Below are positions 36,266 through 47,400 of a stretch of 64,000 nucleotides of DNA, piece after piece. Numbering within the stretch: position 1 is the first letter of the stretch; every line of letters begins with the position of its first letter. The notes beneath the pieces are model-generated. The model was not told the DNA's origin. It saw only the letters and a list, made by a program, of their open reading frames with translations, and made no database searches. This DNA comes from a virus, in the IMG/VR virus record IMGVR_UViG_3300045988_119557, positions 1-64,000 of that record. One strand, given 5' to 3'. Made by a program: the position numbers and the translations under genes.

Positions 36266-36898
36266 TTAATTTAAAACTTCTTTTTTACGTTCTCTCATTT
36301 TCTTAATATCATCCCACGTATCGGTTGCGGCTGCACTTGGGGTTTCCAAAGATTGTGGGGACATTGAAGTCGTGAAATTAGCCTGAGATTGATTGTAAAT
36401 TTTCACATAAGAGTCAAGTTTTGCGTCTACGTCGAATTCTTCTGTAATATTAATCTCTTGAATGAAATCATTAATCCATGAATCGTTTTTAACGCCTTTA
36501 GTTTTTAATTTGCCTTTCAAATCTTGTTTCTTCTGAGAAATAACTTTCTCTCTCTTTTCAGCTTGCAATTCCTGTTCCAACTGTGCGAGTCTTTTTTCAA
36601 GTTCGCTTGTTCCTTCCGCAGGTTTCTGTGTAGTCTGCTGTGCGGCAGGTGATGTAGTTTGAGACTTGTAAGACTGTACGAAATCCGAATAATCTTTTTC
36701 CATGTTGCCATTTGCGGTTTTGAATAACGGCAATGCTTTTGACATAAAATCAGTCAATTCGGTTTCTTCTGTTGCTAATAATGGGGTTAGGGTTTCTAAC
36801 ATCTCATTAATACTTCTCTCTGTTAAACGTAGGGTTTTCCCACCTTCTGTCAGAGCACCTTTGAGGTTTTCAAAGGCTTGCTGTTTGGTAAATTTCAT
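36266..36898 (-). CDS. scaffolding protein
   Basis: Helical, E/K/Q-rich (LEKRLAQLEQELQAEKREK). First gene of the minus-strand head arm. Confidence 0.55.
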   Translation of the reverse strand: MKFTKQQAFENLKGALTEGGKTLRLTERSINEMLETLTPLLATEETELTDFMSKALPLFKTANGNMEKDYSDFVQSYKSQTTSPAAQQTTQKPAEGTSELEKRLAQLEQELQAEKREKVISQKKQDLKGKLKTKGVKNDSWINDFIQEINITEEFDVDAKLDSYVKIYNQSQANFTTSMSPQSLETPSAAATDTWDDIKKMRERKKEVLN

Positions 36899-37038
36899 AC
36901 TTCGTTAATCTTTTAATTTGCATACAAAATAAAGCTATATATTCAACAATATAGAAAGATATAGGACTAAACTTTATCACTGGTGACAACATTTATTCAT
37001 TAGTTCAAAATATTCGCAAATTTCTATAGTATTTTTGC

Positions 37039-39720
37039 ATGTATATGGAAACAACAGACAAAGATAAAGAATCAAAGACCAAAATAATTAAGCCACAACC
37101 AGGCTTTCAAGAAAAGTTTGTGTGCTCGAATGTGGATGTAGTGTTCGGAGGCGGTACGTTAAACCCGCAACCCAAGGACTGTCTTGTCTCTACTCCTAAT
37201 GGATTTGTAAAAATAGGAAGTCTAAAAGCAGGCGATGTTATTACAAATCCTCTTGGAGGGAATCAGACTGTTAATTTCGTGTTAGACAAAGGAGTACAAG
37301 AGTGTGTTGAATTTACTTTGCAGGACGGAAGAAAGGTAAGAAGTGCCCTATCCCATCATTGGATGGTAAAAGAAAGGCATGGTTATATTTGGGATATATC
37401 CGCCAAAGATATAATTGACTATATAGAAACAAGCAAACGGAGAGATAAAAGACATGTAAATAGGCTAAGGATTCCAATGTCCGAGCCAGTTGAATTTAGC
37501 GATATATATAAAAAGCAAAGGAAAATACATCCTTATTTATTAGGAGTGTTAATTGGAGATGGCTGCTTATCAGATAAAATATATAGAGCCGATATTGGGA
37601 CTAATGATATTGAAGTTATCGAAAGGGTTCGGTCTTTGGGGTATAATGTAGTTAAAGATAGTATCAATCCAAAAAGTTTGCATTATTGTGTAAGAGATAA
37701 ACATGTTGTATCAGACTTGAAAGAATTAGGGCTTTGGGGACATTTAGCTGGGAGTAAATTTATTCCAGATTGCTATAAATATGCGCCCATCGAAGATAGA
37801 ATGGAACTTTTAAGAGGGTTGTTTGATACAGACGGATGTTGTTCTATTAGCAAAATTAGGAAAAATGGGAAAGTTCAATACAATACTATCAGCAAGAGAC
37901 TGGCAAAGGATGTGCAAGAAGTCATTTGGTCTATTGGAGGCAAATGTAGGGTATTCTCAACAGCTCCTACTAAAAGAATGTTTTATGACAGAGAAATAAA
38001 CTGTGCAGAATACTATACATTGCGAATCTGGACAAAGGACGATAAAGAACTATTTCACTTAGAAAGAAAAAAAAGAAATACCACTTCGGAAGATAACAAG
38101 AAAGTAAAAACTTTCTTAAGTATAATGGATTATAAAATCCTCCCTCCGGCAGAAGTATGTTGTATAAATGTTTCAGGGGAAGAACATTTGTATTTAACTG
38201 ATAATTATGTTATTACAAGAAATTGCGGTAAAACATTTAGTGCGATTTTGTCAGTTGCAGAGCCAAGTTTAGACCCTTCTTTCCGCGCATGTTTTACTCG
38301 TAGGACATTTGGTGAGTTGAACATGGGTGGCGGACTTGTAGATGATTTTGAATCAGCATTCGGTAATGGAGCGCAAGTTAGGAAAACAAATCCGCCAAGA
38401 GTAACATTTCCATCGGGATCTTTTGTTGAAATGCGTCAAATCAATGATGAGAATATCAAAAAGATAACGGAGCAATGGAAAGGTGCGCAGTTTGACCTTA
38501 TATATATGGACGAGTTGACCTCTTATCAATTCTCTACTTTTAAATACCTTCTGACCAGAAATAGAGGTAAAGGTTCTTGGACAGGTAAGTTTAGAGGCAC
38601 TACGAATCCGAAGAAAGATTCTTGGATTAGAAAATTCCTTGATTGGTATATTAGTCCAGAAGGTCAGATTATTCCTGAACGAGATGGTGTAGTTAGATAT
38701 TTCTATATTGCTGGAGATACCATAGACGATGTTATTTGGGGAGATACCAAAAAAGAAGTATACCAGAAATGTAAGTTAGACATTGACAAGAAGATAAAAG
38801 CTGTAGGAGGAACGATTTCTTATGAAAACTTTATCAAGTCTTTTACATTTTATTTGGGTAGAATGTCCGAGAATAAAGCCATTCTCGATGGCAACATGGA
38901 CTACGTAGGTTCTGTTGCTGCATCAGGAGGTAGAATGGCTCAACAATTATTGGAAGGTAACTGGAATGTTGACTTGGAGGATGAATCAGACGCTCCTATT
39001 CCGTCCCATGTTGCAAGAAGTACATTTATGAATGACCCTCAAAGGAATGGAGACAGATGGATTACTTGCGACTTGGCAGACTTTGGAACGGATAACATGG
39101 TTGCTTTGGCTTGGGATGGATTTCATATAATGGATGCTCTAATCTTGGGTAAAACGACGCCGCGAATGAATGCGGATAAGCTTTCTTTATTTGCAGCAAA
39201 GTGGGATGTAGCAGATTGCCATATAATATATGATGGTATCAACGGACGTTACCTTTCTGATTATATTCCAGATGCAATTGCATTTCTTTCTTTTAAAGCG
39301 CCAAGAGGGATGTATGGACGTTCCGCAAGAAGCTTAAAAGACGAATGTTATTTACGACTCAAATACATTATTAATAATAGATATCTGTCTTGGGAAGAAG
39401 AAGTCTTACAAAGAAGATATACGCATAATAAGATGAAAGATGAAATCACTATTGGCGTTGAATTTGTAGAAGAATGTACTGTCGTTCGGTTTAAGACAGA
39501 AGCAAGCGGGAAACATAGACTGGCCACGAAGAAAGAGATGAATCAAATGTTGGGAAAGGGACGCTCTATGGACTTATTAGACCCATGTGCTATGCGAATG
39601 TATCCTGTTTTGGAATATCAATATGGCGATGAACTTATCGAGACAGCAGTCGATTTTGAAGAAAGAGAGAAGCAATATATTCCCAAAGACAATATATATA
39701 GAGATGATTTTTGGGCTTAA
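37039..39720 (+). CDS. terL: terminase large subunit, interrupted by an intein
   Basis: The exteins carry ...VVFGGG...//CGKTFSAIL (Walker A), LIYMDELT (Walker B) and a C-terminal nuclease-like region. 545 aa without the intein. Confidence 0.8.
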   Translation: MYMETTDKDKESKTKIIKPQPGFQEKFVCSNVDVVFGGGTLNPQPKDCLVSTPNGFVKIGSLKAGDVITNPLGGNQTVNFVLDKGVQECVEFTLQDGRKVRSALSHHWMVKERHGYIWDISAKDIIDYIETSKRRDKRHVNRLRIPMSEPVEFSDIYKKQRKIHPYLLGVLIGDGCLSDKIYRADIGTNDIEVIERVRSLGYNVVKDSINPKSLHYCVRDKHVVSDLKELGLWGHLAGSKFIPDCYKYAPIEDRMELLRGLFDTDGCCSISKIRKNGKVQYNTISKRLAKDVQEVIWSIGGKCRVFSTAPTKRMFYDREINCAEYYTLRIWTKDDKELFHLERKKRNTTSEDNKKVKTFLSIMDYKILPPAEVCCINVSGEEHLYLTDNYVITRNCGKTFSAILSVAEPSLDPSFRACFTRRTFGELNMGGGLVDDFESAFGNGAQVRKTNPPRVTFPSGSFVEMRQINDENIKKITEQWKGAQFDLIYMDELTSYQFSTFKYLLTRNRGKGSWTGKFRGTTNPKKDSWIRKFLDWYISPEGQIIPERDGVVRYFYIAGDTIDDVIWGDTKKEVYQKCKLDIDKKIKAVGGTISYENFIKSFTFYLGRMSENKAILDGNMDYVGSVAASGGRMAQQLLEGNWNVDLEDESDAPIPSHVARSTFMNDPQRNGDRWITCDLADFGTDNMVALAWDGFHIMDALILGKTTPRMNADKLSLFAAKWDVADCHIIYDGINGRYLSDYIPDAIAFLSFKAPRGMYGRSARSLKDECYLRLKYIINNRYLSWEEEVLQRRYTHNKMKDEITIGVEFVEECTVVRFKTEASGKHRLATKKEMNQMLGKGRSMDLLDPCAMRMYPVLEYQYGDELIETAVDFEEREKQYIPKDNIYRDDFWA
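37180..38223 (+). mobile_element. intein with LAGLIDADG homing endonuclease domain (348 aa)
   Basis: Block A CLVSTPNGFVKIGSLKAGDVI and block B ALSHHW. LAGLIDADG motifs YLLGVLIGDGCL and LLRGLFDTDGCC. C-terminal block EEHLYLTDNYVITRN followed by the +1 Cys (38224). Confidence 0.8.
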
Positions 39721-39745
39721 TTCATTGTAATTCAATTATTTTTAT

Positions 39746-39753
39746 TAACTTTG
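39746..39753 (+). promoter_or_regulatory. -7 promoter box (TAacTTTG)
   Basis: Exact TAnnTTTG match 18 nt upstream of ATG 39771. Confidence 0.45.
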
Positions 39754-39770
39754 CAATATAAAAAAGTAAC

Positions 39771-40328
39771 ATGGATACCAACGACTTTAAAAAAATAACT
39801 ACCGATGCTAAAAACTTGGGACATGATGTCTCGATGCAAGATATTGCATATGTGTTTCTCTGCGAAAGTTATGAAAACGCAGAGATTGCATATAAAGTGC
39901 TATTCGGGAAAGAGTCCATAGATGCGGAGGTGAATAAATATAAGAAATCAAAAAAGATTGTTTTTTTAACAGACTATATAAAAAGCAATTATATTAAGCC
40001 TTCTAAGAAAGCAGAAGTTGAATTTTCGACAGAAGAAGATATGGATCTTTCTTTTGAGGAAAACAAGAGCAAGATGATCTCTCTCTTAAATAAGATTGAG
40101 GAGTTGGTTGCTTCTGGCGACATGTCTGCGAAAGACGCTGTTAAATTAGAGGCTGAAATTAGAACCAAACTGAATGATAAATTCTCTGTTGATGATCAAT
40201 CGGAGCAAAGTAATGTTATCGTCGTTGAACCAAAATTTAATCTTATTTGTCCGCATACTAACAGGGAGTGCTATGTAAATAGCAAAGAGCAAGTAATGAA
40301 AAGATATAATTTGATCGAAAAAGAATAA
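39771..40328 (+). CDS. hypothetical protein between terminase and portal
   Basis: 185 aa with an acidic coiled centre. Function not recognisable. Confidence 0.5.
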   Translation: MDTNDFKKITTDAKNLGHDVSMQDIAYVFLCESYENAEIAYKVLFGKESIDAEVNKYKKSKKIVFLTDYIKSNYIKPSKKAEVEFSTEEDMDLSFEENKSKMISLLNKIEELVASGDMSAKDAVKLEAEIRTKLNDKFSVDDQSEQSNVIVVEPKFNLICPHTNRECYVNSKEQVMKRYNLIEKE

Positions 40329-40329
40329 T

Positions 40330-41847
40330 ATGGCAGAAGACAGAACAAAAATAGATCATTTGATTGCTAATCCGCAATTGTTATTACAGAAAAAGCCTTT
40401 CTTTAGAGGATTGCAGATAAATGCGCGTTATAATCCTCAAAACGTAGACTTGAATCAAACTATACAAGTAGACACTCCGAAGGTGAAGAAAATGGTTATT
40501 TCACAAGATGAATATCTTCAAGAATTAAACCCATACTGCCACAAAGTCTTATTTGATGATAACGTGCCAAGTATTACAATGAAGCTTTCAAAAGAACAAG
40601 GTGGAGGCTGGGCTACTATCGAATATAAAAAGATGGCAATCTCTTTTCAAGAAAATATAAAGAATAAGCAAGTATTGCATCTTTGCGGTAATCCTCTGAA
40701 TTTCACATTGATGGAAACTAATCCTACAACCAAACAGAGCGAAGACTTTATTACCTTTAAGCAGTATTGGGATTTAAGAAACCAAGATGGCATGAAGACA
40801 AAAATGGTTGATGCTCAAAAGTCGGTTGGAGATGCAGGACTTCTATATTATTTCGATAGGAAAGGAGAGATTAAATCGCGATTGCTATCCTACATGGATG
40901 GATATGTTCTCTGCCCGCATAATGACGATAACGGTGATAGACTATTAGAAAGCGTTTATTACAAAAAGGACGATATTGAATATATTGATTCTTATGATGA
41001 TAGATATATGTATCGTCACATGAATGATGGAAGCGGTGCGGATGAAAACGGCTGGAAATTAATATTTAAGAACGAACATGGATTTAGCGAAATTCCTCTG
41101 ATTACTAAAAGAGGCAAAGTCGCTTGGGATGATGCTCAAAGCTCAATTGAAGCCTATGAAGTGTTATATAACATATTCTTAGTGATTCAGAAAAGACATG
41201 GATGGGGTATATTATATATCAAAGGGCGTTTTGATAATGATGGTAGAAAGATTGCTGGTTCTGTTATCTTGAATGACAGAAGTGATGACGCTAATAGTGA
41301 TGCCAAGTTCCTTACTCCACCAACTCCGGAAGGAACTATTGAAACGCTGAATCTCTTAGAGGAAACAATACAGAAAGGATCAAAAACGACATTTATTCTT
41401 CCGAAAGATATTAAAATGTCAGGAGATATTTCTGGTATTGCCATCATGCTTACTCAATCATTGGATATAGAGAATGCTCTTCAAGGCGTTATTGAATGGC
41501 AGAATGTAGCTGATAAAATGTGTCGCTTATTCAAAGAGGGATTAGCTAAGGAATTGGTGAATAAAGACATTCAACCAACTGCTATTACAGACTTCAATAA
41601 TATTAAAATTAATGCCAAATTCAAAGTATGGAGACCTCAATCTGATACAGACTTTGCACAAATGTTGGTTACTTTAAAATCTAATGGCTTATTGTCAGAG
41701 GAAAGCGGCATTGAATTAAGTCCAGTATCTTCTCCTGATGAAAAGGCAAGAAGACAGAAAGAAAAAGATTTAGAGAGGAATTTAGAGATAGAAAAAGAAA
41801 CTATTATTAATAATTCTAACAATATTAAGGAGGAAGAAAATGTATAA
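40330..41847 (+). CDS. portal protein
   Basis: 505 aa, next to the terminase, with an acidic/basic C-terminal tail. ELNPYCHKVLFD resembles the SPP1 gp6-like portal N-terminal motif. Confidence 0.6.
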   Translation: MAEDRTKIDHLIANPQLLLQKKPFFRGLQINARYNPQNVDLNQTIQVDTPKVKKMVISQDEYLQELNPYCHKVLFDDNVPSITMKLSKEQGGGWATIEYKKMAISFQENIKNKQVLHLCGNPLNFTLMETNPTTKQSEDFITFKQYWDLRNQDGMKTKMVDAQKSVGDAGLLYYFDRKGEIKSRLLSYMDGYVLCPHNDDNGDRLLESVYYKKDDIEYIDSYDDRYMYRHMNDGSGADENGWKLIFKNEHGFSEIPLITKRGKVAWDDAQSSIEAYEVLYNIFLVIQKRHGWGILYIKGRFDNDGRKIAGSVILNDRSDDANSDAKFLTPPTPEGTIETLNLLEETIQKGSKTTFILPKDIKMSGDISGIAIMLTQSLDIENALQGVIEWQNVADKMCRLFKEGLAKELVNKDIQPTAITDFNNIKINAKFKVWRPQSDTDFAQMLVTLKSNGLLSEESGIELSPVSSPDEKARRQKEKDLERNLEIEKETIINNSNNIKEEENV

Positions 41848-42133
41848 CGACGTAATAAAACAAGTTTTAGAGATTCCAGAAAGCCCCGACCATTTTACTT
41901 TGTCTGATCGGAATCCATTTTATGTATTTCCACAAAAGAAAGATGATACTGCACCCGATGTTTTTAATATTCAGGCTGAATGTTCTGCGGCAAGAGCAAG
42001 TAGTGCACCTGTGAATATTCCTTTGGTTTGTAATCAGTGGAATGTTATTCTTCTGCAAGGCATACATTTAACCGCAGATTTAAAAACCAAGTATAAGTTA
42101 TTTGCAGGGGTAAACTATTCTTATGAGCCATGA
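41840..42133 (+). CDS. hypothetical protein
   Basis: Overlaps both neighbours (operon packing). Confidence 0.4.
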   Translation: MYNDVIKQVLEIPESPDHFTLSDRNPFYVFPQKKDDTAPDVFNIQAECSAARASSAPVNIPLVCNQWNVILLQGIHLTADLKTKYKLFAGVNYSYEP

Positions 42134-43602
42134 AAATAGGAGTTGGAATAGGATTGTCGTATCCTAAATATGCTACATTTGTAAATAAGGGAGGGCAAAC
42201 TTCTCCTTTTCACCCGTCCCTTGTAGATTATTGGAACTTTAAAGGTAAGAGCAATTTTGATAAAGATAGGAATACTATCAAGGGAATAAAAGGTGAATTA
42301 TTGACCGCGTATAACTTCGGTTGGAGCTTAGGCAGTGGTTATGGTAAATATACTATGAATTATTTAAATAATTTAAATAATTCTAAGAGCCCTGAAGACA
42401 TTATAATAACAGATTCTTCAATAACCAGATTAAAAGGTGAAGGAAAAATATCCTTTTGGGTTACAGGGAATAAACTTCCCACAGGTATAACAGTTATTCC
42501 TTCCTATAGAATCAATGTTACAGGAGAATGGGAAACTCCTCCGGAATTTACTTATTATGATGGAGATAACGCATCTATATCACATACAATTACTTTAACT
42601 CACGGCATTAACATCATCCCTGAGATAACAATAAATGTAATAACATCAATATCATCCACTATATATGGTTTTAGTACTTTTCAAAATGGAGATGTCACTA
42701 TTGAACAAATTCCAGAATATGAAGGGGCAATAGTTACAGATGGTGTTGATGATTATCTGAAACTTGATAAGGTAGGATATAAGATAGGAACTGTTATAGT
42801 TAAATTTGTTCCTATTAAGTTTAATGTTGGTTGGAATACAGTTTTTGATAATAATAAATACGATAGCCCTAATAGGAATTTTTTAGGTTATTCTTCTACC
42901 ATAGAAAATAGAGGTACTACTATGTTTGTTTCTAATTATGGCGATTATCTTGCATTATATCATAATACGCCTAAACAAGCTAATGACTCACTTTATATAA
43001 GTAGCTCTTATACAGAATCGTTTACAGCTAAGGAGTTTTTTTCTATGGCTCTATATGATATTGCTATATATCAAGACGTTCTGACCGCTGAAGAAATTCA
43101 GAAAGAAATCAACGTCATGGAATATGGTACTCCAAATCCAGTGTTCGCATTGAACTTTGATAATTTTGCCTATAAAGCCGTTGATTATCCTGAATTTGCT
43201 ACTGGCAAAGTTACAACAAACAAAATTGTAATAGATAGTACAACTACACAAATGAATGGATTTATTGTGGCTGCTTATAATCCAGAATTAACAACAGGAG
43301 ATGCAATTGAACTACCATCTTATAAAGTAAAAGTCACAGGAATTGACGCATATGGTAATCTGGGCGATGGTTATTGGGCAGTTGCGTTAATGGGAATGCC
43401 TATTAATGCGTCACAAGACCCTTGGGTTTATCTGTTTTACAAAGATGGAATTTATGATATACCAGCAATATCATTAAGTGAAAGTATCTATAATTTAGCA
43501 GTGATGTGTCAAATAATGGTTGACAAGCCTATTGAAATAGAAGTTCTTTATGATAGTAGTATAACTACTAATTTTCCGAGTGTTAAACAAATACTTCCTT
43601 AA
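42130..43602 (+). CDS. virion-associated protein with LamG/concanavalin-like domain (tentative)
   Basis: IVTDGVDDYLKLDKVGYKIGTVIVKF ... ALYDIAIYQDVLTAEEIQKEI follows the Laminin_G_3 pattern (..riYnraLsaeEi). Confidence 0.4.
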   Translation: MKIGVGIGLSYPKYATFVNKGGQTSPFHPSLVDYWNFKGKSNFDKDRNTIKGIKGELLTAYNFGWSLGSGYGKYTMNYLNNLNNSKSPEDIIITDSSITRLKGEGKISFWVTGNKLPTGITVIPSYRINVTGEWETPPEFTYYDGDNASISHTITLTHGINIIPEITINVITSISSTIYGFSTFQNGDVTIEQIPEYEGAIVTDGVDDYLKLDKVGYKIGTVIVKFVPIKFNVGWNTVFDNNKYDSPNRNFLGYSSTIENRGTTMFVSNYGDYLALYHNTPKQANDSLYISSSYTESFTAKEFFSMALYDIAIYQDVLTAEEIQKEINVMEYGTPNPVFALNFDNFAYKAVDYPEFATGKVTTNKIVIDSTTTQMNGFIVAAYNPELTTGDAIELPSYKVKVTGIDAYGNLGDGYWAVALMGMPINASQDPWVYLFYKDGIYDIPAISLSESIYNLAVMCQIMVDKPIEIEVLYDSSITTNFPSVKQILP

Positions 43603-43606
43603 GATT

Positions 43607-43855
43607 ATGAAATTTGCAATACTAACAAAAGAGTGGTTAAACAACAAAGGCGTTGTTATTCAACCAGAGTGGAGACATAATATAGCTGAAACTGAGTATA
43701 TTCTGCATCAAGAGATGATTAGTCCTTTGTTGAATGATACAGATAATATTACTTTTTACGAGTATGATAATACTGAGTTTATTAATATAATCAATAGTTC
43801 TTCTTGGGTATTGCCAGAAAGGGAAGAAATACTCCGCAGTTCGCGTCGTCGATAA
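43607..43855 (+). CDS. hypothetical protein
   Basis: ATG 43607 is preferred over the track start 43580. Confidence 0.4.
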   Translation: MKFAILTKEWLNNKGVVIQPEWRHNIAETEYILHQEMISPLLNDTDNITFYEYDNTEFINIINSSSWVLPEREEILRSSRRR

Positions 43856-43893
43856 AAAGTCGATTAGATAATTGGATATTGTTTTTAATTGAT

Positions 43894-43901
43894 TATCTTT
43901 G
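43894..43901 (+). promoter_or_regulatory. -7 promoter box (TAtcTTTG)
   Basis: Exact TAnnTTTG match, 160 nt upstream of the next ORF and followed by a hairpin-rich stretch. Confidence 0.4.
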
Positions 43902-43907
43902 CAATGT

Positions 43908-43985
43908 AGAAGCTGAAAGTCAGTCGGGAACTCTTAAAAATGGGAGTTTTCGGCTTATCTTATACTCACCAGTATCTTTTTAGTT
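43908..43985 (+). ncRNA. candidate small RNA / structured leader
   Basis: GGGAACTC (43926-33) pairs with GAGTTTTC (43944-51, two G-U pairs). Outer AAGCTG/CGGCTT stem, then a weak terminator ATACT-cacc-AGTAT-CTTTTT (43962-43981). Confidence 0.25.
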
Positions 43986-44026
43986 CACTTTTTCATTCTT
44001 TTCTTTATCAATATCTAACAAATTGC

Positions 44027-44034
44027 TATATTTG
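44027..44034 (+). promoter_or_regulatory. -7 promoter box (TAtaTTTG)
   Basis: Exact match 28 nt upstream of ATG 44062. Confidence 0.45.
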
Positions 44035-44061
44035 TATTTAAATTAAAAAACGTTTTTTAGA

Positions 44062-44439
44062 ATGGACTGGACAACTATATTAAATTATATTATCGGAGGA
44101 GGTGGATTACTAACGTTCACGCTTTCTGCATATAAAGCGAGGCCAGAAAAAGTTTCTTTCGAAATAAAAAATCTTAGAGAATTAGTCGAAGAGATAAAGA
44201 CTAATGCAAAAGAAGAAAAAATAGAGTATGAAGAAAAGATGTCTAAATTAGAGCGTAAAGTAGACGAATTAGAGCTTAAGGATGAAATAAAATCAAGAGG
44301 TATAGCTCAATATCTAAGATGCTCTTATCCTCCAACAGATAAAGAATGTCCAGTCGCAGTTTTTATTAATCGCTCCGAGGATATTATGAAACGTAAGACA
44401 AAAGAACTAAAAGAAAAAAGAGAGACAAATGAGCAATAA
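44062..44439 (+). CDS. membrane-anchored coiled-coil protein
   Basis: N-terminal TM ILNYIIGGGGLLTFTLSAY, then an E/K coil. Overlaps the fibre gene start by 11 nt. Confidence 0.5.
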   Translation: MDWTTILNYIIGGGGLLTFTLSAYKARPEKVSFEIKNLRELVEEIKTNAKEEKIEYEEKMSKLERKVDELELKDEIKSRGIAQYLRCSYPPTDKECPVAVFINRSEDIMKRKTKELKEKRETNEQ

Positions 44440-47400
44440 CATTTTACTGACAGTATACACTTATGTAGATGGGGTTTCTGATACTCCGTTTCCTAATGCG
44501 GAAAATCCGTTAAAAATCAAATATACTTATAATGCTCAACGAATGGGGAGCAGTTCTTTAACAGCTACGGCAATGTATCCGACTTGCCTTGATGATCTAT
44601 GGGTGAGTGGGAAACAATACGTAGATTTCAAAGGAGAACGATATTTCATTGTAAAAACGCCGTCTTCTTCAAAGAGTAACGACGATGTTAGATACAAACA
44701 TGAATTAGAGTTCTTGTCCGGCAGAAGTGTATTGGATAATGTGTATGTATATGACGTGGTTACTGGTGACGCAGGGAGCACAGACCGTTATGTAAGCAAT
44801 AGCACAAAAGTTCTTTTTTATGGCGATATTCAGGAATTTGTAGCAAGACTTAACTTCTCTCTTGAATATAGTAATTTAGCATATCGCATTGTTATTGATG
44901 AAGGTATTACTTCCGAAGCAAAACAAGTTTCTTTGGAGAATGTGTTTTTTAGTAATGCTTTACAAGAAATATTCAATATATTTGAATTGCCTTTTTACTT
45001 TGTCGGAACAACGATTCATGTCGGATTCACGAACAATGCAATCACGCATACATTCAAATACGGAAAAGATTTCGAACTCTTATCTGTAAGCAAAACTAAT
45101 GCTAACTATAAAATAACCAATAGAGTTACAGGTACAGGTAGTTCCGATAATATTCAATTCTATTATCCGAATCCGAGCAACGATAGAAAAGCCATAGAAG
45201 AAGCAGGAGGTACATGGATTACTCCTTCACAAGTATTAATGCCTCCAATATATAGACAGACAAATGGAGCAGAACGTTTTTATAATGCTTTAAATAATAA
45301 ATATATTAATCCTGATACAGGTGATTATTATACCTTTGAGAATCTTTATTTGCCGACAAATCCTAAAGAACAAATAGTCGATTTCTCTTATATCAAGCCA
45401 AGTATTAAAAATGCCTTAAACAAAGCTGGTGTAAGAATGGATATGATTAAAGCAATCGCCTTTGATCAGAACGACGACGATTCAATAAACAAAGACACTG
45501 GTGAATATGTTCACTCTTACTTTTATGTTAAACTAAATAAGTTTGACGGAGACTTTGGTTTTAACTTATTTGATCAAGCTTTAGTCGGCAGTGATGCAAC
45601 TGTCTCGATGACAAGTGGGGCTTGTGGGGCTTGTAATTTCCAAATTGGAGTAACAGAAATTACACAAGAAGGGAAACAAGTATTCAGGAATCCTGTTCAA
45701 GTCGATAGTAAAGGCGATATTGTTCCTGGTGATTATGCACAAAAGGTTAATGTAAACAATCTGCAACCACAGCAGCAAAATACAATGACCAATGAAGTGT
45801 GGATTGCCCTCAAAAAGGATAATACTACATTTGGTATCGTAATGCCTAATGCAGGTAATAATATAAAACCAAGTGTCGGAGATAGCTTTGTCTTTTTGAA
45901 TATTGATATGCCACAAGCCTATATAACGAAGGCTGAAAAGGAATTAGAAGAAGCTATCATTAAATATATGGCAAATAATAATAGGGAAAAGTTTACCTTC
46001 TCTATTAAATTGAGTCGTATTTTTTTAGCCGAAAATCCGAGCATTGGGAATCTGTTAAACGAGAATGCGCGTATAGATTTAGAATATAATGGGCAGTTCC
46101 ATCAATTGTATGTTTCTAACTATACACTTAAGGTTGATGAAAATGTATTGCCCGAAATTTCAATTCAGTTAACAGACACTCTGACCATTGGCAAGAACTC
46201 TCTTCAAACTGCTATTGATGGAGTAAAACAAGATATAATGAACTCTATCGGAAGTGTGGATTTCCTAAAACAAGGATTGAAATACTTTTTGAGAAAAGAC
46301 ACCAGTGATTACGCAAGAGACTTCATTACTTTTTTGCGCGGATTAAAAGTTGGTTCTTATACCGAAGGAGGCAATAGCGGAGGTATTTTCGCTGTTGATG
46401 CAAATGGAAAAACTTACATCGAAACAGACATGTTGAAAGTACGTGCCAAAGCGTATTTTGAGACATTGGAAATAATCAACACGAATAGTATCGGAGGCAG
46501 ACAGATAATCACTCCTGGCGGAAGTATAACCTGTAATAAAGTTGTTGAAGGAGATACTTATTACCGTTGTTATTTCGTGAACGATGCAGATAATACACCA
46601 ATTGAAAACAGGTTTAAGGTAGATGACCAAGCTCTATCGCAAGACTTCAACATCAAAGAGGGTATTTATGAAAATGTATCAAATCATTATTATTGGAGAA
46701 AGGTTGTAGCCATTGGTGATGATTATATTGATTTATCTAAGACGGATGCTGATGTAAGCAGTGATGTGCCCAAAGCAGGGGACGTTATTTGTCAATTAGG
46801 TAACAAGACAGATAAAACTCGCCAAAATGCTATTATATTCTCTGCTGTAGACTTTTATTCTCCAAGTATTACTTTATACGCTGGCATTGATAACTATTCC
46901 TACGTGAACAAAGAATATGTTTCTTATGGCGTTGACAAGACAACAAATGAAGCCTTCTTTAATGTTTACGGACGAATGTATGTAGGAGATAGGAACAAGA
47001 CTTCTTACATGCAATATAGCGAAAAGGACGGTTTGCAAATTAAGGGTAAATTGCAGATTGGAACAACCATTGGATCTGGGCAAACGGTAGAAGACGCATT
47101 AGAACAAACTAAAAATGACGCTATAGCTGGTGCAAAAGAAAATCTGGATGAATTTGCAACGATAGTCAATGGCAGCTTAGGAGATTTACAGGATCAAATA
47201 GATGGGGCTATTGAAACTTGGTTTTACGACCCAGTGCCAACACTAACAAATCAACCTGCTGTAAATTGGACTACTGATAAAGACAAAAATACGCATTTAG
47301 GAGACTTATATTATGATGGTAATGGGAAAGCCTATAGATTCCAATTAACAGGCACAACGTATGAATGGAAAGTACTTACAGATAGCGATATTACTAAAGC

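Noticed and set aside
37030-37037. TAttTTTG -7 box abutting the terminase ATG (37039).
   Set aside because: If used, transcription would start downstream of ATG 37039, leaving only the Met at 37045 nearly leaderless. I cannot decide between a chance match and a leaderless start, so it is not listed as a feature.
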